Source: Isurus oxyrinchus (taxonomy: Eukaryota). From it: 64,000 nucleotides of DNA. The translations under genes were made by a program, and so were the position numbers. Below, one piece after another: positions 62,100-64,000 of the stretch. How positions within the stretch are numbered: position 1 is the first letter of the stretch; the number at the start of each line of letters is the position of its first letter. The notes under the pieces were generated by a model that saw only the letters and a list, made by a program, of their open reading frames with translations, was not told the DNA's origin and did not search any database. The stretch covers positions 2,976,001 through 3,040,000 of the forward strand of contig JANJGN010000036.1 of NCBI GenBank assembly GCA_026770705.1, given 5' to 3'.

Positions 62100-63570
62100 C
62101 AGGCATTTAAAACAGAGATTAGGCGATTTTTTTCTTTCTCTCAGAGCATCGTGAATGTTTAGAACTCTATTCCTGAAAAGGAGTTGAAAGCAGAACTTTT
62201 CGATATTTTTAAGGCAGAGGTGAATAGATTTTATGTGAACAAGGGGGAGATAGTTTACCGGAGGTAGATGGGATGCTGACTTCAGGTTTCTCTCAGATCA
62301 TTCATGATCCTATTAAGTAGGTTCGAGGAGCCGAATGGCCTACTCCTGCTCCGTTTTTGTACGTTTGTTTATCCCCTCGCCATTCGGTATTGCCAAACGC
62401 TTTCTTATTGCAGCGCTTATTAAAAATCACCTCTGCTGCCACTAACGAGTGATAAAAAGGCTTTAAGCGAAATGTTTAGCAACCCGGATTGCAAATCAAC
62501 AGAACAGAAGTGGTCATATTCCAGTTCAAAGAAAAAACTACCCAAAGACAGACGTCGGCCACCGTTGGTTTGTGTGAGTCGATTCCTCCCTGGGTATTTG
62601 CAATGGATCTACTCACTCAACGGCAGAATGTGAGAAAATGATCTCCGTCCAAACCTAGTAAAGAGAGGCCTCAGGTTCTTGTCTGTTTCTGACGCTGTTC
62701 AAGCGGCTGTTACATTCAGTCTGTGGAAAAATTCTAAAATAAGTTGCTTTTGCTGGAGTTGCTTGACATCTTTGTTAGAAATTTGCTAACTAGGAACTGA
62801 GGTTCATTTGTAGGGGAACACAATCGAGAAGCAGAGAAGCTATGTTTTAATATACAAACTTTGCGAGAATGTAGTTTAATAGTATTCGGTATAACATGTT
62901 TTGTAAAGAGGTTGTGCAAGGTTCTAGATATATCTTTCTTAACACAAAGACTGGGGAAATGGAGGATCTGTGTGTGGGTTGATTTGAATTTTCACTACTA
63001 GTCTAATATTCCTCATAACAAAACTCACGTGGAGATCACGTCTCCCCCCTCATTTTATAAACTGCTTATAAAGGCACTGACGAAGGGGCAAAGAAGATTT
63101 TTAATGATGATTCCAGAGGTGAGAGTGATAACGACCAGGAAAGTCTGAACAGCTTGGGACTCTTTCTGGAAAAGAGAAGGCGAGGGGTGAATTGATAGAC
63201 ACGTTAAAAGTTAAGACAGTGTTGCAGACGGTAAAGGTAAAGCAAGAGTTTTCATTTATGGGGACGGCAGAACGAAGTTTCACCATTATGAGAAATTCAC
63301 TAACATCATCAATACGGAATTCAGGAGAAAATTCTTTAGCCTTAGAGTGGGGAGAATGTGGGGCTCCCTACCATAGAGAGTAATGCGGCTGAATAGCTGA
63401 CATGCAATTCAGGGGGAAACTGAATAAACTCATGAGGGAGAAACGAATAGAAGCATATGTTAAGTGGCTGAGTTGAAGGGGGGGGGGGGGGGGGTGAGTG
63501 GAGGCTCGTGGAACAAACAGTAGAACACAAAGTAAGTTGGGCCAGTTCCTCTTCTGTAAGTTCTATGCAA
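62100..63570 (+). mobile_element. CR1 3' fragments (about 62100-62370 and 63090-63570)
   Basis: CR1 3' motifs (gaggagccgaatggcctactcctgctcc; agagtggggagaatgtgg). Confidence 0.6.
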
Positions 63571-64000
63571 ATCTACAAAATATAACATCCAAGGGGCTGA
63601 ACATGTACAGCTAAAAAAAGTCATCATTATGCATTGAATTTTACAGTGAACTAATATGGCGGACATGAGGCTAGTAATTAAAATCCAAAACAACTGCACG
63701 CCGTTGATCCCATATTTCCGAGTCTCTGTGTGAAGCAGGTTGCAACACAATTTCTTACAAACGCTTCACTGGATATATTGCACTGAGGAATATTACATTA
63801 TATTCTGTATTCCTGGCTGTCACAGCACAAGCCCTCGATCTCTACCACCTTGAAAGAAAAGGATAGCAGGTTCTTGGGAACACCACCAGCTGCAAATTCC
63901 TCTCCAAACCAGACACCACACTGACTGAGAAATATATTTGCTTTCCTCCAGTCACTGGGTCTATATCCTGAAACACCTAACTTATAAGCCCATCCGAGTG

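Noticed and set aside
62617-62654. Exon-like 38-nt segment on the minus strand (tactag…gtgagt)
   Set aside because: No recognisable peptide or partner exons in the window.
1-64000. CRISPR arrays, rRNA and tRNA genes
   Set aside because: None seen; tRNA-like boxes belong to SINE heads.

Overview
Vertebrate genomic DNA, most likely a cartilaginous fish. This is inferred from the CR1/L2 LINEs, Deu-domain SINEs, Penelope-like repeats and GPR139-like GPCRs. Repeats are dense and there are three assembly gaps. The main content (about 4-38 kb) is a small cluster of NON-rearranging antigen-receptor-like genes built as leader / V with germline-joined J / C1 / Cys-TM / short cytoplasmic exons, in two chain types. 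A1 (+, 5006-10080) is intact, has an Arg in the TM, and both tail tyrosines are replaced by Asp. A2 (-, 16787-21124) is a pseudogene with a neutral TM that keeps both tyrosines at ITAM-like spacing. B1 (-, 26665-35001) has an intact ectodomain and TM and a YxxL terminal exon that is duplicated and apparently out of frame. B2 (+, about 10.5-15.9 kb) is a hollowed-out inverted copy of the B locus whose tyrosine codon is a stop. The cluster lies between two divergently oriented GPR139/142-like rhodopsin GPCR genes: one intact two-exon gene (48536-54577) and the first exon of another with ATG replaced by ATT (957-1026). All exon structures were read by eye from splice signals and paralogue alignment; none is confirmed by transcripts.
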